NCBI RefSeq assembly: GCF_030144855.1
Contig: NC_082727.1
Location: forward strand, 51,708,001 to 51,772,000
Source of the DNA: Hypanus sabinus
Lineage: Eukaryota
Length of the DNA stretch: 64,000 nt
Direction: 5' to 3'
The notes under the pieces are model-generated. The model worked only from the letters and a program-made list of their open reading frames with translations. It was not told the origin of the DNA and ran no database searches. Of this stretch, positions 1 through 13,072 are shown in pieces; position 1 is the first letter of the stretch; each line of letters opens with the position of its first letter. Position numbers and translations under genes: made by a program.

Positions 1-29
1 AAAGTTAGTGTACAGATACTGCAAGAAGT

Positions 30-250
30 TAGAAACTAAATCCATTATTACAAAAGGATTTGTGTAAATGGCTGAAGTCATTTTGCTGCAGTTATTTAGA
101 GCCGTGGTAAGACTGTACCTTGCATATGGTGTTCAGATGTGGTCTCCCTGTCAAGGACGGTGTACAAGGAAAGTCAGCCAAATTGATTCCTGGGATGGAG
201 AGTTTGCTGTATCAGGGGGAATAGGCAAACTGAGCTTGTATATTTAGCAA
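30..250 (+). mobile_element. Degraded CR1 LINE fragment (post-RT region)
   Basis: Encodes LQLFRAVVRLYLAYGVQMWSP, resembling the CR1 motif LYK.LVRPHLEYCVQFWSP. Confidence 0.7.
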
Positions 251-674
251 CCTTATTTTGTCAGGCAGGATGTAAAGGAATAAGTTGAAGAAGAGGAGGG
301 ACTACTTCTGCCTTGGTTAACATTTCTCCCTTGAGTAGAGTGACCAAGACAGGAACCGATTACTTATTCCCCTGCTCCCTGCATTGTCTAGTGTGCCTCT
401 CTGCACAGCAGTGTATAATACACTGACTGATCATGATGTTCTGTCAAGGCTATAGGATAAATGCTCGGTCAACATAACGGCCACATCAACCTGTGTAGGA
501 TTCAGATTAATTTATTTATCACATATGCATCAAAACACACAGCGAAATGCATCATTTGTGTTAACAACCAACACAATCTAACACTGCCCTGCAAGAAGAC
601 GATTGCTGAATTTCGTAGCCTCAGGTAAAGTGCACAGACAATGGATTTGGGTAATAACTGATTTTCCTTTCAAT

Positions 675-754
675 CAGGGGTTTCCACCTTTTTTTATGCC
701 ATGAACCCCTACCATTAGCTGAGAGGTCCATGGACTCCAGGTAGGGAACCCAAG
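675..754 (+). mobile_element. ~80-bp hAT (Charlie-like) MITE, copy 1
   Basis: Termini CAGGGGTTTCCACC / GGTAGGGAACCCAAG; 8-bp TSD CTTTCAAT (667-674) / CTTTGAAT (755-762). Confidence 0.8.
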
Positions 755-894
755 CTTTGAATGGATATACTTGATTAACTCTTGACTACAATATCTTTTT
801 TTAATGAAATGTATTTTTTATATTCTAAGCTTTATGCTAGTTATTGGGAAGGTGCATTGGTGGGAACGGTTCTGCAGAGGAATAGACAGGTGAT

Positions 895-1105
895 AAAAGG
901 AGTTTGTACGTTTCCTCATGACCATGTGGGTTTCTTCTGGGTGCTCCGGTTTCCTCTCACTGTCTAAGAACATGCTGGTTGGTAGATTAATTGGTCACTA
1001 AATTGTCCCGTGATTAGGCTCGGGTTAAACTGGGGGATTGCTGGGCAGTGTGGTTTGAAGAGCCCGAACAGACTATTCTGCTCTGTATCTCAATAAATAA
1101 ATAAA
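895..1105 (+). mobile_element. V-domain SINE (HE1-like)
   Basis: V-domain core GGAGTTTGTACG..GTGGGTTTC..GGGTGCTCCGGTTTCCTC and (AATA)n tail. Confidence 0.8.
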
Positions 1106-1493
1106 TTAATATTTTCAATGGGTTGATAAGTGGGTTGAAGTGAATAGTGGGTGCTAATCTTATGTATTTCTTGTCCATGTTGAAGCCAAGAAAATAATTT
1201 CCTCCCATTATTCCAATAATGTAATCCATATAATGTAATTCCAATATATTGTCCAGTTTAAGTATGGGAATGGGCATCATCTCCCCTACCTCATTCTCCT
1301 TTTCTGAGTGTCATCTGCTTTTTTATATAAGGCTTGGAATCTGAACTTGCACTGAACATGAACTGGCCTATGTTCATTTTAAAGTATCTATTCATGTTTT
1401 ATTGAATAAAAATGCATCTGATTTAGTGAAGAATATTTGTAGGCAGCATACAACGGCACCTGGAATCTTCTGAACGCTCACCTGTAAAAAAAA

Positions 1494-2412
1494 TGTGCCT
1501 TGAAAAAATAGTTGGCCCCAACCTTTTGATCACATAATTGAGCATTACAACCAAGGATTTTTGATCAGTGTGACTGAGAATCACATGCTCATTTTTCTCA
1601 TAGTAGAGACCCCCCCCAAAAAAAAACAGGGAAGATTTTATCACATGAAAAACTAAAAACTCAAAAACTGAAATGTCAGCAGTTCAAAAGTATTCATCCC
1701 CCTTTGATCAGTACTTAGTTGAATCACTTCTTACAGTTATTACAGCAAGTAATCTTTTTGAATAAGTCTCTATTAGCTTTGTACATCATGATGGGGCAAG
1801 ATTTGTCCATTCCCTGTTGCAAGATTCCTCATTCTGTACCAGGTTAGTTGGCAAGTGATGGTGGACAGCAATCTGTTGAAGACTTGCCAGAGAGTTTTGA
1901 TCAGGTTAAGCTCAAGACTCTGACAGGTCACCTATGAACATTAATTTTCTGAATTTGAAGCCCTGGCAGTGTGCTTGGGGTCATTGTCCCGATGAAAGAC
2001 GAACTTCCTGCCCAGTTTAAGCTTTCTGGCAGAGGCTAGCAGGTTTTTATCCAGGATCTCTCTGTACTTAGCAGCATTCATCGTCCCATCAATCCTGACC
2101 GGATTTCCAGTGTCTGCTGCTGAAAATCATCCCAATAGCATGATGCTACATCCACCATACTCTATAGTAAGGATGGTGTATCCTGACTGATGCTCAGTAA
2201 ACTGGAAATCTGGTCAGGATGGATGGGAATTTGAATGCTGCTAAGTTTTACATGCTTTACAATTTTCCCTGTTTTTTGGGCTCCATTGTGGAAAAAAAAA
2301 GGAGCATGCGGTTCGCAAATAAAAATTCTCAGTTAAATTGTTCAAAATCCCTGATTGTAATACTCATTTATGTGAACAAAGGGTTGGGGGCTGAATACTT
2401 TCTCAAGGCTCT
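1494..2412 (-). mobile_element. Internally deleted Tc1 transposon with long TIRs
   Basis: About 100 bp of inverted termini (GTGCCTTGAAAAA..CCCCAACC..TCACATAA..GAG.ATTACAA..); inner repeat AAAAGTATTCA.CCCC near 1686; minus-strand transposase remnant [34 protein letters not shown]. Confidence 0.9.
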
Positions 2413-4424
2413 CGCTCTATTTTGTAAAGCTACCACCTAGAGTAGGTCATCTGTTACATCCGTGTGTTAGTTAAAGCCATAGGAATGAAAGAAAAAAGAA
2501 AATGTCATGCTATCTGGACAAATTTATTTGCATGGCTGTCTTCCCTTGGGTTATCTCCCTGAGGTAATTTTCTTACCTGAAATTATGTTATGGTTTATAT
2601 ATTTTAATAATAGTGACAGAAAAGAGCAAAGCAATCACAGGCTGATCTGAACATGGTTTGAATTCTGCATCAACTTTACTGTGACTTCCTGTGAGATGAA
2701 TAAAATTGGAGCAAACGACAGCCCAAAGACACACACACAGACACAAATGACGTCTCCTTCTGGACAAGTTGTGATCACCCATGGACACATTGAAATGCCC
2801 CCTTCATTGGGCTATCTATTTCCTAATGCGTGTCATTTTATCTTTACTATATCTTAGTTAGATTCGTTTTATTTTGGTTCAGTTAGTGGTTGTGGACTGG
2901 TCTCCCACAGTTCATTTAGTGGTATTGATTGCGTTGTAAATAACTCAAGACTCCTAACAGTAAAGTGCCCAAAGTCCTTTTGCTTACCAATGCAATGGCT
3001 TGTTTTGGTGGGTTGAAAAATGTTGGTCATTTTGAATCCAGTTCTGTTAACTCTTTGACTAGAATCACAGTGGGTTAGTCCATTCCCATGTGCTCCCAGC
3101 TTCAGTTCCTATTCTGAGGGTTAGCAGTGAGGATGGAACAATTGGTTGCAGGCAACTGCTCAAGGGGAAGTGCAGGTTAAGTTCAGCCTGGTTGCCTGCT
3201 CGCATTGTTATGCAGTGGCCCCTGCTGGCAAATGTGCTGTAAAGGCAATAAATTGGGAAATGATCATCCTTATTCTGGCCAAGTAACCGGTTGGCATTCA
3301 GATATTCAGTGAGATAGAGCCAGCAATGGTTGAGAAACAGCAGGGAGTTCTAACCCACCAACCTGTACCCACTGTGAACCAGTGCTTTAAAGAAAAGAAT
3401 GGAATGGGAATGGGGAGTGTGCATGGGGGGGGGGGGGGTGAAAATTACATGTGTATGGGGGAGATTACAATTCCAAATCAATTTGTTGGGAGTGTTCTTT
3501 TGATCGTACTAACAGAAACATCTCATTTTCAGTTTGGCAAAGGTCTTTCACAGTGATTGCTGTGGTGAAAACAGAGCTGGTGGGTGACAAAATCTGAAAA
3601 TTAGACAACGTTCCCACGTCTTGTCTTCCACTTGTACTTTGCTTTGTAGCAAATATACTCAAAGCAGCTTAAGCAATCCCTTTACCCATGATTTATTAAA
3701 CTCAGTTTCAGCATTTGAGGGTAATCATGCATTCTTGTTCTACAAAAGTGGCTTTGAAGACAAGTTAAAAGTACAAATAGGCAGAACTACCTTCTACAAA
3801 TTTGCTTTTCTTGTCTGATGTTTTTCATCAGACCTGATAGCTACTGATTTGAAAATAACTGGAACAAGAGAACAAATGGTTGTAAAGAATTCCACAGTTG
3901 CAGATTTGATTATGATTGCAGATTATTTCCAGCTGTGATCCTTAATTTGCCGTTTTCTCTTAAAGGGGACCAGTTCAGTGAACTGCACTTCAGAATGTTG
4001 AGCGCCTTCATCTGTCTGTTTACACAGCTGACAACAAAATTGAATGAGATTGAGCATTAGTTTCTTGCTCTGCAAGTTAGTCACGAGCAATGAAGGTGTT
4101 TTGGAGCATTTATTGAACTCACATAGCCAAATACTCCCTCTTCTCCACCACAATTCTGCATTATTTCCAATTATTTTACCCTTCAGATGCTTCCTCTGAC
4201 TAAACGTAGACCAAAGGGCAACTTTTGCTTGATCTCCTTACTTTACACCAGGAATAAAGCCACCCGCTATCTCGTTAAACCTGCAGCAGTGTTGAAGCCA
4301 AGTAGAGATTGAAACAGTAGGTACTGCTCTTCAAACTTAACATGTAGAAGTTCAGAGTAAATTACAATGAAGATCTGAACCGCACCGGGAGCTGGAAACC
4401 AAGTGGTGGTGATAAGGAGTTAGT

Positions 4425-4626
4425 GTGTTTTTAGGTTTCCTCCTAGTGCTCCAGTTTCCTCCCACAGTCCAAAGACGTACCGGTTGTTAGGTTAATTGGT
4501 CATTGTAATTTGTCCTGTGATTAGGCTAGGATTAAAACAGGGGGTGCTGGGTGGCGTGGCTCGAATGGCCAGAGGGACCGAATCTGCACTGTATCTCAGT
4601 CAATCAATCAATCAATAAATAAAATA
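4425..4626 (+). mobile_element. V-domain SINE
   Basis: GTGCTCCAGTTTCCTCCCACAGTCCAAAGACGT core; (TCAA)n/(AATA)n tail; similar to 895-1105. Confidence 0.8.
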
Positions 4627-5189
4627 AGGATGCAGAAAACAAGTGAAGCAGCTTCTGTAAACTTTCAGGTTCATGACCTTTCATGGGGGGGGGAGGGGGC
4701 TCCAACCTTGGCAGAGGTGAAGTCGCGCTTTGGTTCCTCCTGTCTATATGTGAAGTATACAGGGAAATCTCAACAGCGCTGTGCTCAAAGCACTTTGGTC
4801 CTGATTTGGGGTGCTGACTGTGTGCTATGGTATTTTTTTCCCTGTGACCACATGGCTTTTACTGGTGTTCTGATTCCCTCCCACATCCCAATGATATGCT
4901 GGTAGGTTAATTAGCTACTGCAAGTTACCCCCTTGGCATACCCAATTAATAAAACAACCAAGGGAGAGTTGACGGGCATGTGAGGGAGAATATATTACAG
5001 TGCCACAGGTGAAAAGGCCAAGGCAAATGGAATGATAGAATATTCTGCTGGAAGCTGGCATGGATCTAATGGACAGAATGGCCTCTTCCTGTACTGTGCT
5101 AAGTAAGAAAATACCACCTTTAGCCTGTAGATGTCAGTCAAATTGCTGTCTTTCTGTCCAGATTAACATAGCCACCCAATGACATTAGT

Positions 5190-5640
5190 AAAGTAAATTT
5201 ATTTATTATCAAGTTGCATATATGTCATCATATACAGATGAATTTTCTTGCAGACATACTTACTAAATGCAATGACCGTAATAGACTCAATAGAAGACCG
5301 CACCAACAGGGTGTACAACCAGCAAAAAACAACAAAATGCAAATACACAAAGAAAGTAATAATAAAAAATAAATAAACAATAAATATCGAGAACTTGAGA
5401 TGAAGAGTCCTTGTAAGTGAGTCCATAGGTTGCGGGAACATTTCAGTGATGAGACAAGTGAAGCTGAGTGAATTTACCTTCACTGGTTCAGGAGCCTGAT
5501 AGTTGAAGGGTAATAACTGTTCCTGAACCTGGTGGTTTTAGTCCTGAGGCTGTTGTACCTCTTTCCTGATGGCAGCCACAAGAAGGGAGCCTGGCCTGGG
5601 GGGTGGGGGTCCTTGAGGATGGATGCTGCTTTCCTGCAAA
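5190..5640 (-). mobile_element. Rex1/Babar-like LINE 3' end
   Basis: Minus strand encodes LPSGKRYNSLRTKTTRFRNSYYPSTIRLLN followed by a 3' UTR shared with other copies in the window. Confidence 0.75.
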
Positions 5641-7049
5641 AACATTCCATGTGGATGTGTAACTAACTTGCTTCTCGCTGGTTGTACTGAGGTAAAGTTA
5701 GCACTTAAATTAAAATTTTGGTACAATTTGCTTGATCCCGCTTCTGGGTCAGAGATTATATATCTAAATCCACAGCCAGAACTTTATATTCTGGGAAATT
5801 ATCAAGGAAGTGTGACATTTCCTGAGGTGTTACTCTTTTAGGTGAACTGCCAAGAATTGTTGCTTTGTCCTTACGGTGCTGGTTCAAAATCCTGGCCAGA
5901 TATTCCTAAATTACTGCTGTGGTTGCGATCTTGCTGTGTCAGGCCATTGATTCAATCTAATCAGCGAAATTCTTGAGCTAAAATAAGATGTGTGTGAATG
6001 CTGCTGATTACATATTACTTTTTGATACTTTTTGTCTTGTTACACATAACTATATATGAGGAGTACTTAAAGCTATGTTTCCCCTCTGTGCTTTCATTCT
6101 TTTTGAAAATCGGGACACAAATTGCTTGAGGAAAGCACATCTGCTGGCAGGATATGGATCTGGAGTGAGAACAGTCATTAGCTCCAATTAAGTTGCCCCT
6201 GCCAGGGCAGCAAGTGAACTGACCTGGGACGCATTGACACGGAGAAGTGTTTCTCAATGGAGGTCCAATCATTGATCTCTGTCAGGTTCCCACTAATTAC
6301 TCAATCTTTTGAGTTGCTAGCTGTTTGAAAATCAGTAGTCATTATTTTGTTTAGTTTTTTTCTCTGATTTTGTTCTTCAAAAACTTTTTTTTATTAGCAT
6401 TTTTGGTCTTTGAGCAAGGGTAATTAGCCAGGGTTAGGAAAGCTCTTGCAGTGATGAGTGTGATGTCATGTGAATTGAGGTGTTGCCATTACTAGGGTTT
6501 TAAAGGAATTGCATTTTTAACTTAATTGTATTCCTCCCAGTGTTATCAATTAGTTAATCGCTCAGGAACTACATTCTGCAATCTCAGAATTCTTTTTGCC
6601 CACCTGGGAAGACAGTCATGTGGATGCAGTTTTCAGTCCCTGATGCTATTCAATCTGCAATAAGCACTGAAGTATTTTAAACCTTTTCTCGTGTAATTAT
6701 CCTTTGATATTTGCTGATGCATGCATGGATCTGATGGGGTAGCTGCTTTCTACTTCTGTGAGAGCAGTGATACACCAGCCTTGGTGAAGTCTGGGTGTAA
6801 GAGAGGGTTCTCACCATCATGAGATCAGAGCCCGATCTGGTTACAACATGAGATCAACAGGAGCGAGAAATTGCAGCCCTTGCCCACCCCACACCGCCCG
6901 GATCAAACCATTGCAACAATAACATCTATTTACTTGGTTCCATTGAAATAAAATAACCCAAATTTCTTCTCAATGGGATTTTGAAAATCCTCACAAGAAA
7001 TTATTTGGAAAATGCCAAGAGGAAGTCTAAAGATGTAGCTCTTCAGTGA

Positions 7050-7720
7050 CGTAGCTAGGAAGTGGGATGAAGTCTTGAAGCATGATCCAGGAAGGAAATG
7101 CAGGACCGCAAGGGTAGTAATCATGAGGTTGTTGCCTGTGCCTCTCAACAGAGAGGATATGAATAGGATGAATTGGCTCATGACTATGTGGATGAAGAAT
7201 TGGTTCTGGGGCAGGGCTCAGATTAGTGGATCATTGGGATCACTTCTGGGAAGATATGACCTGTACAAAAAGTATCTTGTATGCCTGAACTCAAGAGGGA
7301 CCAATATCCTTGCAGGTAGGTTTGTTGGAGCTTTTGGGGAGGGTTTAACGTGATTGGCAGGGTGATGGGAGCCAGAGTGATAGGTCAGACGATCGAGCAC
7401 TTAGTGTAAACGTGGAAGCATTGTTTGAAGAGACTGTGTGGATAGGTAATGGACTGAGCATAAATGGGTTGAAATTCATTTACTTTAATGCAAAAAGTAG
7501 TAGGAACAATGATGATGAACTTAGAGCATGATTTGGCTGTCACAAAGGCAGGAATGGCTGCTAGACACTTCAGGGTTTAGACGTTTAAAGGGGATGGGGA
7601 GGAATGTAAAAGAGGAGGGGAGTGGCACTGCTAATCAGGGATAGTATCACAGCTGCAGACAGAGAAAGAACAGCACAGTGTTGTGGGCCAAAGGGCCTGT
7701 ATTATTCTTTGTTCATTGAA
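7050..7720 (+). mobile_element. CR1 LINE fragment: ORF1 esterase-like end, endonuclease start, and a 3' tail piece
   Basis: GRYDLYKK..LNSRGTNILAGRF (CR1 ORF1 SGNH-like C-terminus), then LKFIYFNAKS.RN..DELRA and GGGVAL endonuclease motifs. Confidence 0.75.
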
Positions 7721-8421
7721 TGTTCCTATGCTGTTCATCTCAATCAATGTATGGATTCCACAGTCTAACCACTCCATTTAAAAAAGATTTTCTTGATTAC
7801 TTGATTGGATTTATTGGGACTAGCTATGTCCATATAATAATTCAGCTTTGTATTCTCACCACAGTCTAAAATCCTCCTCTGTATCTTTCCTCTATCAGGT
7901 CACCACCACTGTCCCCCTTTTCCATTCAGTCAATCCAGCAATCTCCATTGCCTTTAAACAAAGGAACCCTCATCCATTTATTCTTTACTGAAAGTTCTAC
8001 CCTCCCACCAGAAATGCTTTTGTAATTTTTCTAGTGTTTCTACATTTGGTAAGAGGAAGGCCAGAATCATGCAAGAAAATGTTCTTCTAACCAGAAATTA
8101 TATACAATTGCAACTTAGTGATGCTGTTGAATGCTGTTCCACTAGAAATGAACTCTTTTGCTGATGTGTGTTACGGTTTTGTTAGCCTGCTGTTCATGGC
8201 AACTTTAAGTTACTGTGCAGGAGAAATAACTTGTAAGCACATAATGTACTCTTTTTAAAATCTGTTTGAAAATATATGCGTTTTTATAAGAATTACAATT
8301 CCCATTTAAGTGCTTTGGCAGTCCTGATATGAGATAACTTCCCAACCTAATCAGAGCGTCTGAATTACTGACTGAATTAGTTCAGTGTCGGTGCTTCATA
8401 AACTTTGCATATGAGAATAAA

Positions 8422-8565
8422 NNNNNNNNNNNNNNNNNNNNNNNNNNNNNNNNNNNNNNNNNNNNNNNNNNNNNNNNNNNNNNNNNNNNNNNNNNNNNNN
8501 NNNNNNNNNNNNNNNNNNNNNNNNNNNNNNNNNNNNNNNNNNNNNNNNNNNNNNNNNNNNNNNNN
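8422..8565. other. 144-nt run of N (assembly gap or masked sequence)
   Basis: Directly visible. Confidence 0.99.
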
Positions 8566-8662
8566 TGAGTGCAAATCAAATAAATAGTTTAAAAATCTAC
8601 TTCCCTCTCCCCTTACTGCTAATTACAATGAAAGACGTGTATTATCAAACAATAGGATCCTT

Positions 8663-8762
8663 ATGTTCTTGTTATTTTTTAAAGCGGGGGCTTGGTGGGG
8701 AAACCAGCAGCGGCTTGCAGAGGAACTCAGCTGTCTGACAGGGAAAACAGCAACAAGGAGAG
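8663..8762 (+). CDS. Candidate alternative N-terminal or cassette exon of CTBP2 (MFLLFFKAGAWWGNQQRLAEELSCLTGKTATRR-G)
   Basis: ATG at 8663, open to a strong donor GAG|GTACGT at 8762/8763 in phase 1. An internal acceptor (TTTTTTAAAG|, 8684) would give a 78-nt symmetric exon in the same frame. Locally GC-richer, apparently unique sequence. Confidence 0.35.
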
Positions 8763-10269
8763 GTACGTACTCACGTTTCAGATACAGGAAGGTTAATAAA
8801 ACGTATGTGTGAGATGCAAGCAGCCTATTGTATCATTGTGTTTCGTGCATTATTGGCACCATGTCAAGATTCAAAACAAATTAATAGAAAATTTGTACTT
8901 TGAAAACCTTATCCAAAACTTGCACAAAAGATGCTTTCTTCAATCCATAGTAAATAAATCTGGACCATAGAATGTCTGCAAAGTGGCACCAAAAAAAATT
9001 GCTTTCCTCGAGAGCAAATGTTAATGGTGATTATGAAGCTGTCAATATTTGTGAGTTTTCATTGTTCGAATAAAGATGCTTCAAACTATGGGAGAGATGC
9101 TAACTAATGAGTTGATTCAGCTAATGAGGCAATGCATATCTGGTTGAAATTATGTTTTGCGGTAGTTTTTACGGGTGTAGAACTGTTGGTAGCTTGCAGA
9201 CCATATGTATGCTGTTTTACTGGATCTGCATATAACAAGACATGTAGCATTTATGATGAAAAGTGTTCTAATATTTAAAAATTTGATTTATTGTTCGTGC
9301 ATCCTTGGACAGTATATGCTGAGAGGCCAGTATTTGTGGGGGAGAAAGGTTGTAATATATTATGAACCTAATGCACATAAATTGTTAAATGTCATACAGA
9401 TGTGTATCAAGATGTATACTTTATATATTTTAAATGTCATTTATTGTCATATTTGTATTTATTTATATTTGAAGACTGTTGTGGTCTTGCATTAATGGTA
9501 CAAGTGTAATTGTAAAATGGATCATGCCATTCGTGCTATAATTCATTTGTCAAATGTGTTTCAAAAATATTTCACCCCCTTAATGCCCAATCTCATGTTG
9601 GGAGTATGAAGACATTGCTGTAACTTGCCTGGAAGGAGAATTGCAACAAAGTTAACGCTTAAGGACTTTGAACCGTGATAACTGACCATTCCTCCTTTGT
9701 GGACTATCGTCCAGGCATCACATTTATTAATGATGATGTGCAGAGAAGAAGTCCCAGGTTAGCCATGATATAGAGGAAATTTATTACTGAAACCTTTGAG
9801 TAGTAACTAATATTTGTCTGGTGTGTATCACAATATGATATGTAATGTTAGCATTTTAGACATCCTGAATGGTTTGTTGTATATTTCTGTTTCCTCATTG
9901 TTACGGCAGAGAGTCAATTTTTGTTTGGATAAATGTACTAATAACAACCAAAAGAAACATCTGTGAGCACAAAATGCACGAGTGAGTCAGCATCTGACCT
10001 GTTAACCTAACCATTTTCATTATAGGTTTGGTTTAGAAATTCAGCTACATCATTTCTCAGGTATTAAAGCATTGTTAACTAGTTTAGCTGCTTTGAAAAG
10101 GTCATGAAACGGTGCTACTTAAAAAGCCTAATAATCGGGCTCCCTTGAGCAATTCCTTTCTGTTGCAGAAATGACCAAATTTCTTGCTGGTGCCAGCATT
10201 TAGACACAGATGAGATCTCCTCAAAGGTACAGGCACACAATGACATCAGCACTTCTCCAGCTCCTCTAG

Positions 10270-10562
10270 ACCTCAAAATTCAGGGGAATAGGTTTAGGAC
10301 AAAGATGAGGAGGAACTGCTTTTCCCAGAGTTATGAATCTGAGGAATTCTCTGCCCAATGAAGCATTGGAGGCTACCTCAGTAAACATATTTAAGACAAG
10401 GTTGGATAGATTTTTGCATAATAGGGAAATTAAGGGTTATGGGGGGAAAGGCAGGTAGGTGGAGTTGAGCCCATAGTCAGATCAGCCATGATCCTATTGA
10501 ATGGCAGAGCAGTCTTGATGGGCCAGATGGCCTACTCCTGATCCCATTTCTTATCTTCTTAT
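10270..10562 (+). mobile_element. CR1 (HER1-like) LINE 3' end
   Basis: GATGAGGAGGAACTGCTTTTCCCAGAG..GGATAGATTTTTG..GATCAGCCATGATC..TGGCCTACTCCTG tail. Confidence 0.85.
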
Positions 10563-11993
10563 GTTAATACTGTTTCCTTGATAGGTGCACCAGTAATTCC
10601 TGAGGTGGGGAGCATGCTCATAAGGTTATGATGGAGAACTAGAGACTGGAGGATCACATTATCAGGCTGGGCCATGAGGAGTAGAATTGTCAGTGTTGTA
10701 GTGATAAAATAAAGAGTTGAATGAGGATTTGTTACAGGAGCCGACAATCCTCTACTGAGGAAAGTGGTGCGGAATGTTCTCTGTCATGAAACTGTGGCCT
10801 ACCATGACTGAGGACATCCAAGGCTACAGCAGGAGTAGTTTTTCTAAGGACTGCAGCAGCCCTTGTCCCTCTCCCCCCTCCCCACCCCTTCTCTCACCTG
10901 CTTCTGTAGGCTGATGGAGATGCAGCTGCTCTGATCTGGTGGAATCAAATGTGTGGTGACCTCCCCTGTGCAGAAGTGAGATGTGGTATATATCAGTAGG
11001 CTTGAATGCCGTGCAGCTGCAAGCTGAGGGTGAATGACTCGGTCCTCATGCCACGGTCATCCATGAAGAAGAGTGTTAGTCTAGGCCAGTAGGCTTTGTA
11101 GGTCAGTTGTGGTTACAGCTAAAAATTTAATGATGAAAGGAAGAGTCCACTTTCAATGTGAGCAGCTTGCAGGTTAGGCAGTGTCTGTATGAAGTAGTTT
11201 GCTGCTCTCAATGATGCAGGCTTAGAAATGACTGGATCTTTAAAGAACAATTAGTTCACCCTTTTCATCAATCGTAAAGGCTGCTATCTTCAATCTGACC
11301 AAATTTTACAAAATTTGAAGATTTTGCTGTTGATGTGTTTTGGGCCTTGAACTGCGGTTGATGTCATTTGGACAAGTGTGTTGCTAGGAGTACATTGCCA
11401 CCGAAGAAGAAGATTTCACATCGTACGGTTAGTGGCTGGCATTAAAATGCCCAGATAAGAGCACTGAGCAAATATGATATTCATCTTATCAAACCCAGTT
11501 TATTTGGTGCCATGCAGGTTATTTTCATGGCCGTTAAATGATTTGCTCCATGCTTCCAATATTATTGAGTGTTAACTTTCTAAATCAGATTCTGCTATTT
11601 CCTGAGATTAATGTAGCGACTGTCAGCTTCATCCCTTGCACACCTTCTGCCATATTGCAAACTATGTTCATTGCTTTTGTTGAATGTACAGGCAACATAA
11701 ATATTTTATAATTTAAAAGCTAAAAAATGAACTAACACTTTGTTGCAGTGCCGTGGGATAACCAAGGAGAACTAGTATCAGAAGTTCTGATTTGCAGTGA
11801 ATAAGCCTGGTGAAACTGAGCTTTAATTTGCAATTAAGAGTCTGTTCTGGATTTTGCGAAGCCTGAAATATTAAACTTTAACTATCTGAAACAAGATCAG
11901 GAAATATATATATTTCAGAAACATTATTGAATAATGCATTCAACCTGACCATTTTTAAAAACTACTCAGATAATAAGTAAGTTCAGTCGACAG

Positions 11994-12077
11994 CAAGGGT
12001 TCCCAATCTGAGGTCCACTGACTCCTTGGTTAATCTGATTAAGGATTCATAGCATAAACAAGATTGGGAACCCCTTG
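11994..12077 (-). mobile_element. ~80-bp hAT (Charlie-like) MITE, copy 2
   Basis: TIRs CAAGGGTTCCCAATCT / AGATTGGGAACCCCTTG; 8-bp TSD GTCGACAG / GTCTACAG; its reverse complement aligns with 675-754. Confidence 0.85.
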
Positions 12078-12199
12078 GTCTACAGAAAGCAAGACAAATT
12101 CAAACCAACTAATTACTGCTTTGTCACTTTGAATGCCCAAAAACCGTGGTGACAGTGCTGTCAAGTGGTACTTACTCATCAATAATCTGCTTATCTATG

Positions 12200-13070
12200 C
12201 ACAGTTTTGCGAGACCTCATCACAAATATACATCAAAGAGATGAATACCGAAGGTGAAGTGTATATGTTTTCTTGACATTTGACATCAAGGAGCCTTGGT
12301 AGAACCGATAGTTGGTGCCAAGTCCTGAACAAAAGAAGATGCCTGTGATTGTTAGATATCAATCATTCCAGTGTTACTATATGGTCAATGTTCGAGCGAT
12401 TCTTCGTTGCATTATCCTGGGCTCAACACCTCAACAGTGAAGGTCCTTCCATTGCTGGATCATGCAGTGATGTATACTGATGATTATATGCCACTCTGTT
12501 CCATTTGCAACTCCTTAGAAAGGAAGATCATTTAAGACAGCAAATAGCAGAACTTGGAAAATATTCAAGCAAGGTCTGATAAGTGAAGTAACATTTACAC
12601 CAAACAAATGCAGTGCAGTCACTATTTCCAAAAAAAAATCTGATCAAAAACCCTTGATATTCAGTGGTAAAATCATCAGTCAGAATCAGACTGATAAATA
12701 CAGTGATATCAAGAGCAGGTTAGAGGCTTGGTATTCTGTAGCAACTGACTTCTTACGTCCCCAGGACCTTTTCACTATCACCTTGGTGCAAATCAGGAGC
12801 TTGAGGGAATATTCTCCACTCACCTGGATGACTGCAGCTTTAAGAACAATGAAGAAGATTGTCACATTTCAGAATGAAGTAGACTACTTAAATGGTACCT
12901 CTTCTACTATCCTGAACATTCACTCTCTTCACTGCCATGGCTATAATATATACAGTTATTCAGCTAGACTATCGCGACAGCACCTCTAAAGCCCACAAAC
13001 TACCACTGTGAAAGGTAAGGGCAGCAAGTGCTTGGGTAAGCCACCATCTACAGGTTCCCTTTCAAACCTG
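12200..13070 (+). mobile_element. Old degraded LINE reverse-transcriptase fragment
   Basis: YADD-like MYTDD near 12470, DIK-like motif near 12283, LREYSPLTW motif in the 12654 ORF; many disruptions. Confidence 0.55.
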
Positions 13071-13072
13071 GA

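Noticed and set aside
8377-8587. ORFs spanning the N run
   Set aside because: Open only because the bases are unknown.
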